A stretch of 64,000 nt of DNA from a virus. The notes under the pieces are model-generated. The model was given only the letters and a program-made list of their open reading frames with translations, was not told the origin of the DNA and did not search any database. The translations under genes and the position numbers were made by a program. Positions 45,020 through 53,849 of this stretch are shown one piece after another (positions within the stretch are counted from its first letter, which is position 1; each line of letters opens with the position of its first letter). The stretch lies in IMG/VR virus record IMGVR_UViG_3300032579_000531, positions 1 through 64,000 of that record; one strand, 5' to 3'.

Positions 45020-45547
45020 ATGTCAGCAATGTATTTACACTATTACGTCTATGCCTATTTAAGAACCAATGGCACACCATATTATATCGGAAAAGGTAAG
45101 GGAACACGGGCATGGAAGCATTACAATGATGCTATACAGCCTCCCGCAGACTTGTCACGAATTATAATACTTGAACGGAATTTAACAGAATTGGGTGCGT
45201 TAGCCATTGAACGCAGAATGATACGTTGGTATGGGAGAATAGATACGTCAACGGGGATTCTGCACAATAAAACAGATGGCGGCGATGGCGGGAGTGGAGT
45301 TAAAAAATCCAAAGAAACTAAACTTAAAATTAGCATAGCTCTTAGAAACAGATCAGCTGAAGCTCGTGCAGAAACTCGGGTAAAACAAAGTATAGCAGGG
45401 AAACAAAGAAAACACTCTGCGGAAACTCGAACTAAAATATCAGAAGCAAATAAAGGCAAGTCAAAAATAGGTGGAATGACTGGCAAATTGCATTCCGAAG
45501 AAACTCGAGCTAAAATGAGTTTGGCGGCAAAAAATAGACGCCGATAA
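45020..45547 (+). CDS. Free-standing GIY-YIG-like homing endonuclease with NUMOD3 repeats
   Basis: YYVYAY..PYYIGKG..R, E..MI..YGR, N.TDGGDG; repeated HSxETRxKxS. Confidence 0.85.
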   Translation: MSAMYLHYYVYAYLRTNGTPYYIGKGKGTRAWKHYNDAIQPPADLSRIIILERNLTELGALAIERRMIRWYGRIDTSTGILHNKTDGGDGGSGVKKSKETKLKISIALRNRSAEARAETRVKQSIAGKQRKHSAETRTKISEANKGKSKIGGMTGKLHSEETRAKMSLAAKNRRR

Positions 45548-45589
45548 AACACCCACTAAATAATATTATCCAATCAATTAGGAGATATT

Positions 45590-45841
45590 ATGATTAAGCA
45601 TATCAAACGTCTATTAGGCATTTCCGCCGAGACTCCAGTAGTAGAAGCACCGGTAGTTGAAGTTGCACCACAATCTTTTCCATTGCCTACAGAAGTTAAG
45701 GCCACTGTTAAGAAGCCAACTGTAAAGAAGGCAACTACACGTGCAGCTAAACCAGCTACAGCTAAAAAGACAACTGCAAAGAAACCTGTTGCTAAAAAAG
45801 CTACTGCAAAGAAAGCAACTAAAAAATCTACTTCTAAGTAA
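45590..45841 (+). CDS. Histone H1-like K/A-rich protein
   Basis: KKATAKK-type repeats; late promoter CTAAATA; SD AGGAG. Confidence 0.7.
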   Translation: MIKHIKRLLGISAETPVVEAPVVEVAPQSFPLPTEVKATVKKPTVKKATTRAAKPATAKKTTAKKPVAKKATAKKATKKSTSK

Positions 45842-45851
45842 TTAGACGTAA

Positions 45852-46961
45852 ATGGACGTTAGTATCTACATTCCCGATGAAAGTGTTAACGTCTTTCGTT
45901 TTCATATCAATCAGTTAGCCGGAAGAACTTTCGATGACTGGTCTTATTACCACGATGCAGAAATATTTAAAACATCTGCACGTGGTCGTAAGATAGCATG
46001 TTTCCAAATTCCATATCCTTGGGATTCCCGAATTGAAGATCAGATTAACGATATCTACGATACTGTTGATTATATCTTGATCATAGGCAGTGAACTACAT
46101 GCAAAGACTGTTGAATTTATTCAACGATTTGATTTAAAGAAAATTAAATACTTTATCTGCGGTTACCTACATCATCGCATGGTCAATGCCGAAGTTCTCA
46201 AGTTCCTAGATTGGTTCACTACCAGCGTACATTTTTATAAGAATGTTCGTCCTAGTATACTGTACGAACTTAAACCATTTGATGCAAAACCTTTACAGTT
46301 TGATGCCTTGCTTGGACGCAAAAAGCCACATAGAGATTTAGCCTATAATTTTCTAACACAGAACAACATGTTAGATCAAGGTGTAGTCACTTATATCAAC
46401 GACTACAAGGTAAACTTTGATTCTAGAGACTCTGAAAAATGGGTTTGGCAAAGTGAAGGCATTGAGGACTTTGAAGTACGTAGTCAAACTATAGACTTTA
46501 CAGTAGACAGAGTAGATTACTATGGCTACAACATGAGTCTGAGTCAGATTATCCCCATAGACATTTATAACAAGACAGCGTACAGCTTAGTATGCGAAAC
46601 TAACTTCGACAACAACTTTGTGTTTATGACAGAAAAAACTGTCAAACCAATTCTTGCTCGTAGATTGTTTATTACCTTAGGTAATCAGTACCACTTGGCG
46701 GCCTTACATAGATTGGGATTTAAAACATTCAACGGCATCATTGACGAAAGTTATGATAATATCCCCGATCCAACTGAGCGTCATACAGCAGCTATGCACC
46801 AACTAAAATTATTATGCGAACAAGATCAAGCAGATGTAATAGAACGTTGCCGTGACATAGTTGACTACAACTTTAATTTAATGTACAGCAATGATTGGTA
46901 TAACTTGTTTAGAACAGACTTTGGTGACTTCTTCTTTAGTCGTCACAATCGCGTTATTTAA
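45852..46961 (+). CDS. Putative glycosyltransferase (GT10-like TEKT.KP family)
   Basis: YSLVCET..MTEKTVKPI..LGFKTF..IDESYD. Confidence 0.6.
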   Translation: MDVSIYIPDESVNVFRFHINQLAGRTFDDWSYYHDAEIFKTSARGRKIACFQIPYPWDSRIEDQINDIYDTVDYILIIGSELHAKTVEFIQRFDLKKIKYFICGYLHHRMVNAEVLKFLDWFTTSVHFYKNVRPSILYELKPFDAKPLQFDALLGRKKPHRDLAYNFLTQNNMLDQGVVTYINDYKVNFDSRDSEKWVWQSEGIEDFEVRSQTIDFTVDRVDYYGYNMSLSQIIPIDIYNKTAYSLVCETNFDNNFVFMTEKTVKPILARRLFITLGNQYHLAALHRLGFKTFNGIIDESYDNIPDPTERHTAAMHQLKLLCEQDQADVIERCRDIVDYNFNLMYSNDWYNLFRTDFGDFFFSRHNRVI

Positions 46962-48226
46962 TCAATAATACCAAAGTTCGCCCAGCGAGCATCACCTAAA
47001 CTTACCCACCCCAAAGGACCACCTAAACTAGGATTACTATTGAATACAATAGTTCCCTTGGGCTGATCATTTGCCGGAGGAGTGTCGGCACTACTAATTG
47101 ATACAGCGCCAATTATCAATTGATTAACTGCGGTAGCGCCGTCTGGGGTCAATGTAATATTGTTCTTGCCATTGGTACTTAGTACAAGAGTCTGACTACG
47201 TGGTGTGCCAATAATAGCAGTATTGTTGGATTGTTTACCAAATCCAATTTCAACTTCCTGATCCCAAATACTCAATGCCTGGCTTGGTTCAATGGTGTTG
47301 ACGCCAACACGCTGAGTAGTAGTGTATAGTGCGCCACCGCTTAACAGAGTTTCGCCCTTGACTTGCAATTCGTTTAGTTGCCCAACTGTTTGTAGATTAC
47401 TATTCAGAATACTATTACTCAAAGCATTACCAGTAATGATGTCCTGACCGTTTAAGGTAATCTTATTAAGATCAACACCCTGTTCTTTGATTTGGTCAAA
47501 TACCATGTCGGCATAGGCTGTATAGATTACTTGTTTTAAACTTGTTTGTACATTGTTTGTTGCGGCATTGACGATGCTGACATACATCGGGCTTGTTTCT
47601 GGAATTGTACCAGTAACATTTAAATCGCCTTCAATTGTAGTTGTGCCTTTAACAGTTAAGTCACGAGTTAATAGATTATTTTCTACTACAGTAACATCAT
47701 CCATGATAGTTAATTGGCAAGTAGTAGACTTATCGTCGATGCCTGTACTACCAAAGTTTGCAATGATGCCACCCTTGATGTTATCGCCGGAGACTATCCA
47801 GTCAGCAGGATCAATTGCCACGCCGGGTATACTGTTTGGGGGGAATTTTAATGTCTGACTTTGTATTGCAGCAGTTACAGCCGATTGGCAAATTTGCTGG
47901 AAGTCAATTCTATTAACTTGAGCATTGATGGACTCAGTTGTTACACGAACAGACTCTGCCTGCACCGATGATGATATGTTTGTGCTTAGAGATTCTAGTT
48001 TTAAATTTAATTGTGCTTCAATACTTTTTGCATCTATAGGTAATTGACTAATTCTAGCGTCAAGTTTTTTACCAATCTGATCTGCTAGTATTGATGTGGT
48101 GTCTAGGTTAGCAATGATATCATTGATCTTTTGATCAATTTGGGCCGCCACTTGTTGTTGAACTTGTGAGGTTATTTGCGAAATTATTGTTTGTACTATA
48201 CCACTTACGTGATTATCGATATCCAT
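46958..48226 (-). CDS. Putative virion structural fibre protein
   Basis: N-term coiled coil, beta-rich repeats, C-term GTIVFNSNP..GGPLGWV..WANFG. Confidence 0.6.
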   Translation of the reverse strand: MDIDNHVSGIVQTIISQITSQVQQQVAAQIDQKINDIIANLDTTSILADQIGKKLDARISQLPIDAKSIEAQLNLKLESLSTNISSSVQAESVRVTTESINAQVNRIDFQQICQSAVTAAIQSQTLKFPPNSIPGVAIDPADWIVSGDNIKGGIIANFGSTGIDDKSTTCQLTIMDDVTVVENNLLTRDLTVKGTTTIEGDLNVTGTIPETSPMYVSIVNAATNNVQTSLKQVIYTAYADMVFDQIKEQGVDLNKITLNGQDIITGNALSNSILNSNLQTVGQLNELQVKGETLLSGGALYTTTQRVGVNTIEPSQALSIWDQEVEIGFGKQSNNTAIIGTPRSQTLVLSTNGKNNITLTPDGATAVNQLIIGAVSISSADTPPANDQPKGTIVFNSNPSLGGPLGWVSLGDARWANFGIID

Positions 48227-48272
48227 CTTTACTCTTTAATTGATTACTGCTTCGGTGCTTCAATGCACCAAT

Positions 48273-49004
48273 TTATTCAAATTGAATAGATACAACGTGT
48301 TCGTAATTTTTCTTAATTAAACTCTTATACATCAAGTTCTTGTGTACAAGGAAATTTACGGCACCAGCGTCCATACTAAACTTAGCTAACTGCTTAAAGA
48401 ACATTGTGCGTCTTTGGAATACACCGTATGTTGTTAATGCGTTTGCAGCATTAATTTCATATACCATACTATTCCACAACGTACGATCCTTTACGTCCCA
48501 ATCGTGATTTTCAACATATAGCTTATAATCGCTACCATTTCTAACCATAATTGGCTGACTGAAATCACGATCTTTAAAATCTTGATTCTTGTAGTCGCGT
48601 ACTGTACTTATCACAAAACTTGTGGCCAGGCTACAAATTTTAGCAATCAATTCCTGTTGCATTTGATCACTGTCAGCAAAAGTAAAATACTCATCCATTG
48701 CTATAACACACTGGAATTCTTTTTGGTGTTTAGATAAATCAGCTGAATCAATGTATGTTACTGCAATTCCCTTGCTCTTAATATAAGCCAATGCGGTATC
48801 ACTTATTTCAGTAACTGAGATATGTTTGGCTTTGCAACTTAAAATGGCTGCATTAAACCCAACAAATAAAATGCTTTGAGGTTCAAGATTTTCTGTACGA
48901 TATACCCCATCCAGAATTTCTTGTTTACGAGCAACAACGACGTTAAACTTTGGATTAAAAATTAGTGCGGACAGAATCGCGTCGGTGTAGGTGGCAAAAG
49001 TCAT
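48273..49004 (-). CDS. Degenerate methyltransferase-fold protein
   Basis: SILFVGF..ISVTEIS..FQCVIAMDEYF. Confidence 0.45.
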   Translation of the reverse strand: MTFATYTDAILSALIFNPKFNVVVARKQEILDGVYRTENLEPQSILFVGFNAAILSCKAKHISVTEISDTALAYIKSKGIAVTYIDSADLSKHQKEFQCVIAMDEYFTFADSDQMQQELIAKICSLATSFVISTVRDYKNQDFKDRDFSQPIMVRNGSDYKLYVENHDWDVKDRTLWNSMVYEINAANALTTYGVFQRRTMFFKQLAKFSMDAGAVNFLVHKNLMYKSLIKKNYEHVVSIQFE

Positions 49005-49015
49005 ACAACTATTTA

Positions 49016-49927
49016 TTACTTACGCAATAAATCGAGTGTAACGCAATGAAATCCTCCCCCTAATGTACGACTATGGCGCAATTCCAATGGTATAACTGTG
49101 AATTTGTGTCGCTCCAGGGTATTAATCAAGCCAATTTGATGCCGATCAACCACAACTGTGCTAGGATCCACAACTAGCATATTCATTGCAATCCACTTGC
49201 TTGCATAGGGATATTCGTAAAAACCTTGTGCTACAACTTCATTTACCCAAATCTTTTCCCACCCTTTAAACACTTGAGGGCATGTTGCTTCTGTTACACG
49301 ACTAGCGTTTAACATAACAAGTCCTTCGCGCAAGGGGACGATGGTTGAGTCGACATGTACTCCTGCATAGAAGTTACATAACTCAATATTTACTTGAGGG
49401 AATTGTTCACATAACCATTCGTATGCTCTGCGGTTACCTGACGCACTTTCTAAGAACAACATGCTATCACCTAGACGACATACATTTGCCGCATCCAATA
49501 TCATGCCTTGATTTCGTGGCATTACTCGACGGTCGTGAGTCTTGCTAGTTACTTCATCTAATACTAGTATCTCCTGATCTCTGCAGGGATACATCATTGC
49601 GGGATCAACTATGGTATTACCGTATACCAACAATCTATCCCTGGGGCAATAATTATACATTCCCCCAGTTACTGGATAATTGCGAGGACCAGGTCTGATA
49701 ACCTGTATTCCTAATCTGTGCAAGGTAGTTGCAAGTATATTTAGATCTTCGTCAGCTTCATCTACGATGTGCTGTGGCACTGGCCCTGCGGGTACTGGTG
49801 TATCTTTCCATAAAGTCTTTTCGGACTCTTGTGCAAATACTGGATCGTCGCTGGGCCAGTTTGCATATTTGGCACTACCTACTACAACGGACTTTAATGG
49901 GTCCCATTCATTATAACTGCTAATCAT
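49016..49927 (-). CDS. Amidinotransferase (GATM/StrB1-like, pentein fold)
   Basis: SYNEWDPLKSVVVG, YCPRD, HVDST, SRTLGGGFHCVTLD. Confidence 0.9.
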   Translation of the reverse strand: MISSYNEWDPLKSVVVGSAKYANWPSDDPVFAQESEKTLWKDTPVPAGPVPQHIVDEADEDLNILATTLHRLGIQVIRPGPRNYPVTGGMYNYCPRDRLLVYGNTIVDPAMMYPCRDQEILVLDEVTSKTHDRRVMPRNQGMILDAANVCRLGDSMLFLESASGNRRAYEWLCEQFPQVNIELCNFYAGVHVDSTIVPLREGLVMLNASRVTEATCPQVFKGWEKIWVNEVVAQGFYEYPYASKWIAMNMLVVDPSTVVVDRHQIGLINTLERHKFTVIPLELRHSRTLGGGFHCVTLDLLRK

Positions 49928-50442
49928 TTATGCCCTGTTATTTGTAAGGTATATCTATCTTCTAAACCAATATTTGCTGCCATGTGCGGTGCATCATGCG
50001 TCCATTCAACTACATCACCGGCACGCCAATCTACTACAGGTGCTCCCAAGGCTTCTAGGTAGTGCCCGGGCTTCCAATCTTCTAGTAGCACTAACGCACG
50101 ACAAATCGTCTGCTCTTGCCCATGCAGATTAAACACTTCAATATAACGTTTATATAGGTCTTGATGGACTGGCATTACTGTTCCTGTACGCATGCGATAG
50201 TAAGCAACTCCGATATCTTTCCATCCCATGCTCTCGTACAAATCAATGAACTTTTGATTCCACGTCGGTAATCGATGGCGCATGTCGCATAGCTCGCCGC
50301 AGATCTTGCCGGAGTAGCCCTGTGTTGTCCATTGTTCAATACTTACTGGATCGTTAAACGGTTCTGTGATGTAGTCTAAGGTCTTAAACTCGTCGTCCCA
50401 GAACTTGTCTAACTTATACTTGGTTATTACGTGTGTTGCCAT
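49924..50442 (-). CDS. 2OG-Fe(II)/cupin dioxygenase-like protein
   Basis: PVHQD (HxD) ... PHMAAN ... RYTLQITG. Confidence 0.7.
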   Translation of the reverse strand: MATHVITKYKLDKFWDDEFKTLDYITEPFNDPVSIEQWTTQGYSGKICGELCDMRHRLPTWNQKFIDLYESMGWKDIGVAYYRMRTGTVMPVHQDLYKRYIEVFNLHGQEQTICRALVLLEDWKPGHYLEALGAPVVDWRAGDVVEWTHDAPHMAANIGLEDRYTLQITGHK

Positions 50443-51637
50443 AATGGATAACCTTAATATTTCCTGTCTGTGGATACTTGCGCCATGGATCAATTATAAC
50501 ACTACCTTGTTCTATTCTGCAATATAAACTTTGATTATCTGTTACCCCGGCATAGCCATATGTAATTTGTTGATTGTGTGCTAACAATACACAGCCCATG
50601 ATTGCGTCTGGTGTTGACTCTTCTGTTAAGGGATCAATGTATGTAACAGTAATACCCATCTCTTGTAGGTAATAACCTACCAACAGGCTGTAACTACCTT
50701 CAAGGTATGCCACATTAGGCTTGTACGCTTTACCGTGAATAAATACCGGCAAGCCCTCTCGATTATCGTAAATGTAACGAGCCATGTTCTTTGCCTGTTG
50801 CTCACGTGCTTTCATGATAGTATCAAACAAGTCGTAACCTAGATCTAACTCTTCGGCCAAGTAGCGCAATGCGATATTATCACGAGGGTGGCAAGGACCA
50901 GCATCGCCTAAACCTGCTGTCATATATTTTGGACCCATGATACGCATTGTGCTATTAGCTAGTGCATCTGTTACTACGTCTACATTGATGTTGCCTTGTT
51001 TGATGGCAACGTCTTGAATCATATTTACTAGACCAATCTTGGCACTAATAAACGTATTGTAAAACACTTTGATACATTCTGCTTCGTCCCACGTACCTAC
51101 TACGTACCTCGGATTGTTTTCCATTATTGTATTATAGAAGTCGGTCAATAAACGAGCATCGCCGGTCTCGCTACCATCTTCAGTACCAATGATAACCATC
51201 TCTGGGTTAACCATGTCCCATTCAACTGATCCCATTGCGATTAAGTATGGGTTATAAATGAAACGTGCGTTGGTAATATTGTTTTTAAGTTCTCGTCGTG
51301 TAGTGCCTGGAAGAACTGTGGAGATAAGAACTACTAGTTGATTTGATGTTGCAAATTCATTTACTTGTTTAAGAACTGCGTTTACAATAGTGTAGTCAAA
51401 GTCTTTGTTCCGTAAATGAGTAATAGGTTGATCGCCGCCGTAACTAGGATCGTGTGGTGTTTGGACAGCAATAAAGATTAGATCTTTACCTTCCACTGCT
51501 TGTTGCAAAGTGGATGCAATAGTTATTTTGTCGCTAGTTACTGGATAAATATCATATCCAGTTACGTTATGCTTAGTTGCCATAGTTTCAGCACAAGCCA
51601 TTCCCAATTTACCAACCCCAATAAATCCTACATTCAT
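50414..51637 (-). CDS. ugd: UDP-glucose/GDP-mannose 6-dehydrogenase family
   Basis: GVGKLG, IAVQTP, STVLPGTT, KVFYNTF, GPCHPRD, GKAYKP. Confidence 0.9.
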   Translation of the reverse strand: MNVGFIGVGKLGMACAETMATKHNVTGYDIYPVTSDKITIASTLQQAVEGKDLIFIAVQTPHDPSYGGDQPITHLRNKDFDYTIVNAVLKQVNEFATSNQLVVLISTVLPGTTRRELKNNITNARFIYNPYLIAMGSVEWDMVNPEMVIIGTEDGSETGDARLLTDFYNTIMENNPRYVVGTWDEAECIKVFYNTFISAKIGLVNMIQDVAIKQGNINVDVVTDALANSTMRIMGPKYMTAGLGDAGPCHPRDNIALRYLAEELDLGYDLFDTIMKAREQQAKNMARYIYDNREGLPVFIHGKAYKPNVAYLEGSYSLLVGYYLQEMGITVTYIDPLTEESTPDAIMGCVLLAHNQQITYGYAGVTDNQSLYCRIEQGSVIIDPWRKYPQTGNIKVIHYGNTRNNQV

Positions 51638-51639
51638 AT

Positions 51640-52860
51640 ATGTTTTCCTTAGATAGATTCTATAATATACTTCATAATAATTTGATATCAAAATGTGCTA
51701 ACGGCAAATCTATATACTTTTTTCCGTTCGGTACATATGAAGACAAAGTTGTGTTGGCCAATAGCTTTAGCATCAATGACTACATAAACCCCATAAATGA
51801 AAAAGCCGATCGTCCGTTTTTTCAGTGCTATTTTGCTGACCAGGAACCGTATTATAATGAAACGTTTCCTATACTAAAAGATGCATTAATTCATCGAGAT
51901 CATGTTATGCCAGATACTCGCATTAATATTTTGGCTAACAGTGAAAAATCCCAACTTAAAAATGATTTTGTAAAATCACAAAACTATTACGATTGGTATT
52001 ATTTTTATCACGGATTTGTAGCATTAGATTGGTATAGGGATTTTCAGTATTTGACACCAGATTCATTTAATCGGTTTGATAAAGTATTTATATGTTACAA
52101 CCATCTTATCTCAAAATATCGTTCCTATCGATTGCACCTTGTTAGTAATCTTATAGATCATGATTTAATTAAGCATGGACGGGTTAGTTTATTTCTTGAA
52201 GATACACACGGTACGTGGGAAGAAGCTGTTTGGCATCCTGACACGCCGCTTGACACCCGTGCCCGTTTAAAAATATACAAGACATTACGCGGTGTAACTG
52301 ACACATTAACAATAGATACTGTTACCCCCAACGGTACATTGAGTGCTAATGTAAAATTTGATGATTTAACTAGTGCGTTATTCCATGTTGTTACGGAAAC
52401 TGTTTACTTTCACGATAAACTACATTTAACCGAAAAGGTATTTAAGCCTATTGTTGCTAAAAGACCATTCTTCTTAGTAAGCACCCCGGGGAGCCTGGCA
52501 TACTTAAAGAGCTACGGTTTTAAAACCTTTGATCGTTGGATAGATGAAAGTTACGATACAGAACAAGATCATTATATACGCATAGAAAAAATCACAGAAG
52601 AAATAGCTCGATTATGTGCCATGGATCGCGGTGCATTAAAACAAATGCACTTGGAAATGCAAGAAATATTAGAATACAATTTTAATCATTTTTATAACAA
52701 GTTTAAAGATATTATAGTAGATGAGTTAGTTGATAATTTTGAACACATACTTTGTCGGATCAACAATGGCCGACAACCTAATAATCATAGTAAGCATCAT
52801 CAACGATTTGAACTTTCTCCAGAATACCTCCAGGATGTAAAAAAGCGCCTTAAGCAATAA
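51640..52860 (+). CDS. Putative glycosyltransferase (GT10-like TEK..KP family), paralogue of 45852-46961
   Basis: FHVVTET..LTEKVFKPI..YGFKTF..IDESYD. Confidence 0.6.
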   Translation: MFSLDRFYNILHNNLISKCANGKSIYFFPFGTYEDKVVLANSFSINDYINPINEKADRPFFQCYFADQEPYYNETFPILKDALIHRDHVMPDTRINILANSEKSQLKNDFVKSQNYYDWYYFYHGFVALDWYRDFQYLTPDSFNRFDKVFICYNHLISKYRSYRLHLVSNLIDHDLIKHGRVSLFLEDTHGTWEEAVWHPDTPLDTRARLKIYKTLRGVTDTLTIDTVTPNGTLSANVKFDDLTSALFHVVTETVYFHDKLHLTEKVFKPIVAKRPFFLVSTPGSLAYLKSYGFKTFDRWIDESYDTEQDHYIRIEKITEEIARLCAMDRGALKQMHLEMQEILEYNFNHFYNKFKDIIVDELVDNFEHILCRINNGRQPNNHSKHHQRFELSPEYLQDVKKRLKQ

Positions 52861-52912
52861 ATACTTGTACATTAAAGAACAGCAACAAGCTGTCGAGATC
52901 GAGGAGCTATGT

Positions 52913-53194
52913 ATGGGTGAAATTTTTAAGATTATTGGTGATTTGGGTTTTCCTGTTGCAGCGGCACTAGCTGGCGGGTACTTTGTATTCCTAACCATCA
53001 AACTATTACTAGGCGGTGTTCTTAGTAGTGTCAAGGGCATGGCCGGCATTATTACTGCCTTAGACAATCGTGTTAAAACGATGAACCACGATGTTATACG
53101 CATTGATACTGTAGTAAGTAACGCACTAGGTCTACGTCCTGATGTAGAACGTATTAGTCGTGCAGATGGCAAGACAGACGCAAGAAGAGATTAA
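52913..53194 (+). CDS. Small membrane protein (holin-like), paralogue 1
   Basis: MGEI..LGFP, one TM, then LDNRVKTMNHDVIRI. Confidence 0.6.
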   Translation: MGEIFKIIGDLGFPVAAALAGGYFVFLTIKLLLGGVLSSVKGMAGIITALDNRVKTMNHDVIRIDTVVSNALGLRPDVERISRADGKTDARRD

Positions 53195-53385
53195 TGAATT
53201 ATATTGGTTACGATTTTAGTCTAACCGAACGTGGTATCGGATTAGATGACGAACTTGATATTGATAAATTGGGTTGGCATGCTGGAGACTATTTTCGATT
53301 AGAAAATGTCAATGGTCGTGTAATGTTGCGTAAAATAGATCCACTAGAAAAATTTCTAATAGACGGAGAATCAAAAAATGGGTGA
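53194..53385 (+). CDS. AbrB-like small protein
   Basis: KLGWHAGDYF..NGRVMLRK. Confidence 0.5.
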   Translation: MNYIGYDFSLTERGIGLDDELDIDKLGWHAGDYFRLENVNGRVMLRKIDPLEKFLIDGESKNG

Positions 53386-53701
53386 AATAGCAGAATTAGT
53401 TAATAAGTATGGCTTTCCAATTGTCATGGCAATCGGTATGGGTTATATTATTCATTATGTGTGGAAATGGGCAACAGTTGAAGTTAAGCCAGTGATTACA
53501 GATGCTAATACTGTGCTTATTGCTCTTATTGATCGTATCCGTATGTTGGACAATGACTTGATTAGACTTAATCAAAAGGTTAATACTGTGCTACACCTAC
53601 GCGGTAAAACAATTGAACACGAACGGGTCGAAGCTGAAGCAGAAATTAATAAATTAACCAAGTCAGATGACGACAAGGAAGCCGCAGGCGGCAATGGCTA
53701 A
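53378..53701 (+). CDS. Small membrane protein (holin-like), paralogue 2
   Basis: MGEI..YGFP, one TM, then LIDRIRMLDNDLIRL. Confidence 0.6.
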   Translation: MGEIAELVNKYGFPIVMAIGMGYIIHYVWKWATVEVKPVITDANTVLIALIDRIRMLDNDLIRLNQKVNTVLHLRGKTIEHERVEAEAEINKLTKSDDDKEAAGGNG

Positions 53702-53849
53702 TTAGGCTTGCAGATATTACCTTTAGATCCATTTAAACTATAGACACTGATCCAACGGTCAAGTTCTGTGCCGTATTCAGCAAAACGGTATGGCAGGAAA
53801 TAGATGTGTAATGCCCACCATACGTAACTATCCAACACTTTGTCTATAA

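Noticed and set aside
44960-45550. Group I intron around the endonuclease
   Set aside because: No interrupted host gene; flanks are short and intergenic.
45121-45552. 143 aa minus-strand ORF
   Set aside because: Antisense shadow of the GIY-YIG-like endonuclease.
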